From: Paraspadella gotoi
Taxonomy: Eukaryota; Animalia; Chaetognatha
Assembly (NCBI GenBank): GCA_051294375.1
Contig: CM119267.1
Location: 9,077,709-9,141,708 of the forward strand
Reading direction: 5' to 3'
Length of the DNA: 64,000 bases
Shown here: positions 60,522 to 64,000 of the stretch, one piece after another
How the letters are laid out: every line of letters begins with the position of its first letter
How positions within the stretch are numbered: the first letter of the stretch is position 1
Translations under genes and position numbers: made by a program
Notes under the pieces: generated by a model
What the model was told of the DNA's origin: nothing
Databases searched by the model: none
Seen by the model: the letters and a program-made list of their open reading frames with translations, nothing else

Positions 60522-60646
60522 GCCCTTTATAAGTTTATACATATGCCCATCTGATTTTTTTTGTTTCTTCTCTCCAGTCTCAGTTCAAATTTTTTGGATT
60601 TCCTAACGATAATCATCGGAGCTGCGATCGAACGATCGACTCAGAA

Positions 60647-63291
60647 ATGTCGCAAAACGAAGAGGGTTCACCAGACTCTGACCGGCGCACCCACCTCAGC
60701 CTCGCTCGCCCGGCCAACTCCTCTCTTTTCATACGCAACGTTGCGGATCGCACGACGACCGAGGAACTGAGGGACATCTTCCGTCGATTCGGACGTCTCT
60801 TTGACGTTTACATCCCCAAAGATTACTACAGCAAAAAGCCAAGGGGATTTGCTTACGTCCAATTCGAGGAGGCCGAGGATGCTATTCATGCTCAAGAAAA
60901 GCTCAACTTTGTGCAACTTCATGGACGTCAACTGGAAGTGAGAAAGAATTTTGTTATTTTTTATTTTTATCTCGCCAGATGAGCTTTGTCCCGTCTCGGG
61001 CGAGATAATCGTTTACTATTGCTTTTTTGTGACGTCGTCGTCGTTTAGTATAAGTTAATTTGCATATTACAGTTAGTCACAATGTGAAGGAAATTCAAAC
61101 AAAAAATACTTGTATTTATATGAAACATATCATTTTTAAAAAAATTATATATCTTTCTCTCTTTTTTTTCAGTCGCTGCTTTTTCTGATTCGTTTAAAAA
61201 CGAGTTGAGCTCTGTAGCGGCTGGACTTCTCTCTCTCTCTCTCTCTTTTTTTTTTCTCTCTCTCTCACTCTTTCTCTCTCTTTTTTTTCTATCTTTATTC
61301 ATTTAATTTTTTAAATTAAATTGTGTGTAAATTTTTTCTTTTTTGTTGTGTTTTGGTTTAAGGAGACGAATAATTTATTTGCAACCATATATATATATAT
61401 ATTTATAATAAAATTGTTGTTGCAAATTAATTATTCGTCTCTTTAATTAAATTAAATTCATTAAATTATATTCATTAAATTAAATTCATTAAATTTAATT
61501 TATTTCATACCGTTAAATTTATTTACTCAATGCAATTTATTTCTCAATTCTTTCATTTATTTAAATAAATGAAAGAATTGAATTTAATTCATTCATTCAA
61601 TTAATTTCATTTAGTTTTTAATTCATTACTTGTTTTAAACATTTTCCCATCAATGATTCCTTATCATCATTTAGTGCCACACGGCCGGACAAATTACCGA
61701 CTGTTATTTGCTAGTTTCAGAACTTCGGATCTTACTGTAGTCTGCCACAACATCCCGTCCCGCTTACTAGCATTGACACCAATGGGGCACGAACCAAGAC
61801 TGCTTGGTGGGAAGATATATTTTTCGCTCTTACGCCACCGGGGCTGCGCTGATGGACTCAGGCGGGTGGCGATAGTGAATGTGTTGCCACAATCACGTCA
61901 ATAATAATTGGTTATCATTGCATCAATAATTGGTTATCATCGCATCAATAATTCATTATTATTTCATCAATAATCAATTACTATCACATCAAAAATTCGT
62001 TATAGCATCAATCATTCTTTTTTTTTCCGGATTTTTTTATTAATTTTCTTTGATAGTAACGTCTAGTGCGATCATTATATAAGATTATTGTGCTTAAGGA
62101 CATCTCGCTCTGAACTTATTACTCGTTTCAACGCAGGTTGACTTTGCCAAGGGGGACAGGAAGACTCCTTACGAAATGAAGGCCCAAGAATTGGAAGAGG
62201 AATCCCCCGGACTCGATGGACGTAGAAGTTCCCGCCATCGTCACCATCATCATCACCATCATCGTCATGGTCACGATCATCGCCATCATCATCATGAACA
62301 TCATCGCTCGCGCAGTGACGATCGGATCGATCGTAATCGTCATCGTCATCACAGCCACGGTCGTCATCATCACCATCACCACAACCACCATCGCAGCAGT
62401 GATACTCCTGAACGCACCGACCACCATCATCACCATCATCACCACCGCGACGGAATTGATGGCGACGAAAGTCGCCGCCGTTCACGCGATCAACGACGTC
62501 GTCGTCGCAGTCAGCGTCGTCGTTCGACTCGCCCTCACTCTCAGAGCTCGTCCGAGAAGGAGGAAGATGAGAGAACTGATCGTAGGCGGAGGAAGGCGAG
62601 CTCGAGCTCTTCCTCGGAAGAGAAAGGTAAAGTGATTCCTTGAGAAAGGGGCCTCCCGGTTCCCGCTCAATTTTGATAAGGGAATCGGAAATTTCGGAAA
62701 GCTCAAGTAGAAAGATTTCGAAAAAATGCCCGGGCTTAAAAGGGATAGAAAAGCTAACGATATCGTCAAAAAGGTGCCCATCTTAACGATCAAAAAAAGG
62801 GGAAAAAAAGACGCCAAGACCTAATGGTTGCAAAAGAATAAAGATTCGTTTGATCTAAAGAGTAAATTAAAGGTTTCCTAAGGAAGCGCGGGTTGACATT
62901 GAACAGGTAGACGGATGATGGCATTGTGGGACAAATCGACGGATACTTTCTCCCTTGTCGAATCACATCCTGATACTTGTGATATCTTTCTTTTTTTTTT
63001 CCGATAGAAAACGGGAGGAGTCCGTCGTCGGGGTCATTTGATGACCAGAAAAGGGGATCTCGCGGGTTTCGACGCCCCAAAAGAAATCTCTCCTTGACAC
63101 CGCCTAGAATTTCGCAATCCTCTTCGTTCTCCTGCGACAAATGGCGCCGTTCTTCCTCCGACGCGGCCAAGTCTCATTCCGGGTCTCAGCGAAGCGTGGA
63201 GAGTGGCCTCGACGAAGGAGCCAGTCTCAACGGAAACGTCGGCGACGCAGCATCGAGAGAGCCCACTCCCCCCGGCGATTCTCCGCCTTGA
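60647..63291 (+). CDS. SRSF10: SR splicing factor SRSF10/12-like with His-rich tract (exons 60647-60937, 62137-62626, probable 63008-63291; shorter form stops at 62643)
   Basis: SLFIRNVA, DVYIPKDYYSKKPRGFAYVQFE, |VDFAKGDRKTPYEMK; RS-rich tail. Confidence 0.85.
60963..62060 (+). mobile_element. Non-autonomous element (Helentron/HINE-like family 2), copy 2, with internal AT-rich palindromes and (CT)n
   Basis: ttatctcgcc...ggcgagataa short IR + (gtc)n; catcaataatt tandem units; 3' segment shared with ~6870-7005. Confidence 0.55.
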
Positions 63292-63500
63292 ACGTGGACG
63301 AGAATTTTCTTTAGCTTTAATGAATAATGATTTTTCCTTGTTTTCCTTTTACCCGACGCTACGCAGAAAATATTTTTGCGTTCAGCACTCTTCCCCTCTA
63401 TTTAGTTTCGTTTCGCGTTTTGTTCGGTTCTTTTAGCGATTCTTTTTTCTTTTATATTAAGTAGCTCTCCAATGATCGCGAATCTTGTCGCCAATAGTCT

Positions 63501-64000
63501 ATGGCAGCGGCGACTAAACAGAGCGAGAAGAAACAAGGAAGTTCGCCCGGGCCAAATCCTTTAAAACTGAGCAAGAGTGATTGTGTCTACACAAAATGCT
63601 ACTGCGAAGAAAACATTTGGAAACTTTGCGAGCTCGTTCGAAACTCGCGAGACGCGGCGCTCTTAAAATCGTGCAATGCTGTTTTCATCTCCAACAAAAC
63701 GCGGTCGATCCCAATCTGGCATCAACAATCCAGTGCGAATCCTCCCGTCCAACCGGTAGTATGGGATTACCACGTTATACTGGTGTTTGCCGATGGTCGG
63801 AATTCCTGCGTCTACGACTTGGACTCGGTGTTGCCCTTCCCAACCCCTTTCCCCGACTATCTTGCTCTCGGATTTAGAGACGACGATCTCATGAAACCAA
63901 ATTACAAACGAGTTTTTCGCGTTATCGAAGCGACAGAGTACTTGGACAAATTTGCCTCCGATCGATCGCACATGAAAAGGAAAGACGGAACGTTTAAAAT
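63501..64000 (+). CDS. NTAQ1: Protein N-terminal glutamine amidohydrolase (partial, runs off window)
   Basis: YTKCYCEENIWKLC, VFISN...IPIWHQ, VVWDYHVI, VYDLDSVLPFP, FASDRSHM. Confidence 0.96.
   Translation, partial: MAAATKQSEKKQGSSPGPNPLKLSKSDCVYTKCYCEENIWKLCELVRNSRDAALLKSCNAVFISNKTRSIPIWHQQSSANPPVQPVVWDYHVILVFADGRNSCVYDLDSVLPFPTPFPDYLALGFRDDDLMKPNYKRVFRVIEATEYLDKFASDRSHMKRKDGTFK

Noticed and set aside
62075-62635. Met/Val-, Asp- and Ile/Thr-rich ORFs in other frames
   Set aside because: Shadow frames of the CAY His repeat
62482-63170. Minus-strand ORFs 62790-63170 and 62482-62817 as a counter-oriented gene
   Set aside because: Non-ATG starts, no recognisable domain, and the + strand has a phase-compatible exon with a strong acceptor

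Overview
Eukaryotic (metazoan, probably invertebrate) nuclear DNA from a very compact genome with short introns (mostly about 55-130 nt) and the standard genetic code. I can support 30 protein-coding genes, mostly housekeeping and DNA-repair: ZNF106-like, a chromoshadow-only HP1, RBX1, PSMD6, two orphan paralogues, NMD3, NDUFA13, FANCC-like, RRN3, SMC5, TMEM70, RNF4-like, an SLC37-like MFS transporter, FAN1, CTSC, POLR3C, a CD225 protein, an RRM+MYND protein, a small TM protein, dynamin, XRCC4, LRMDA, ERCC1, MRPL27, ADAD-like, TATDN2, an MSP-TM protein, SRSF10-like and NTAQ1. All 30 lie on the + strand. Most stop-to-start gaps are 4-250 bp, and many ATGs are preceded by an unpaired polypyrimidine-AG acceptor. 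This is the layout expected of eukaryotic operons resolved by spliced-leader trans-splicing (inference). The few large introns hold transposon relics: a Penelope-like GIY-YIG remnant beside an inverted pair of minimal hammerhead ribozymes, a tRNA-derived SINE, Helentron-like non-autonomous elements, and TA-targeting TIR elements, one with outward-facing tRNA-like promoters. Gene identities come from motif recognition by eye, not database searches, and exon boundaries are manual predictions.
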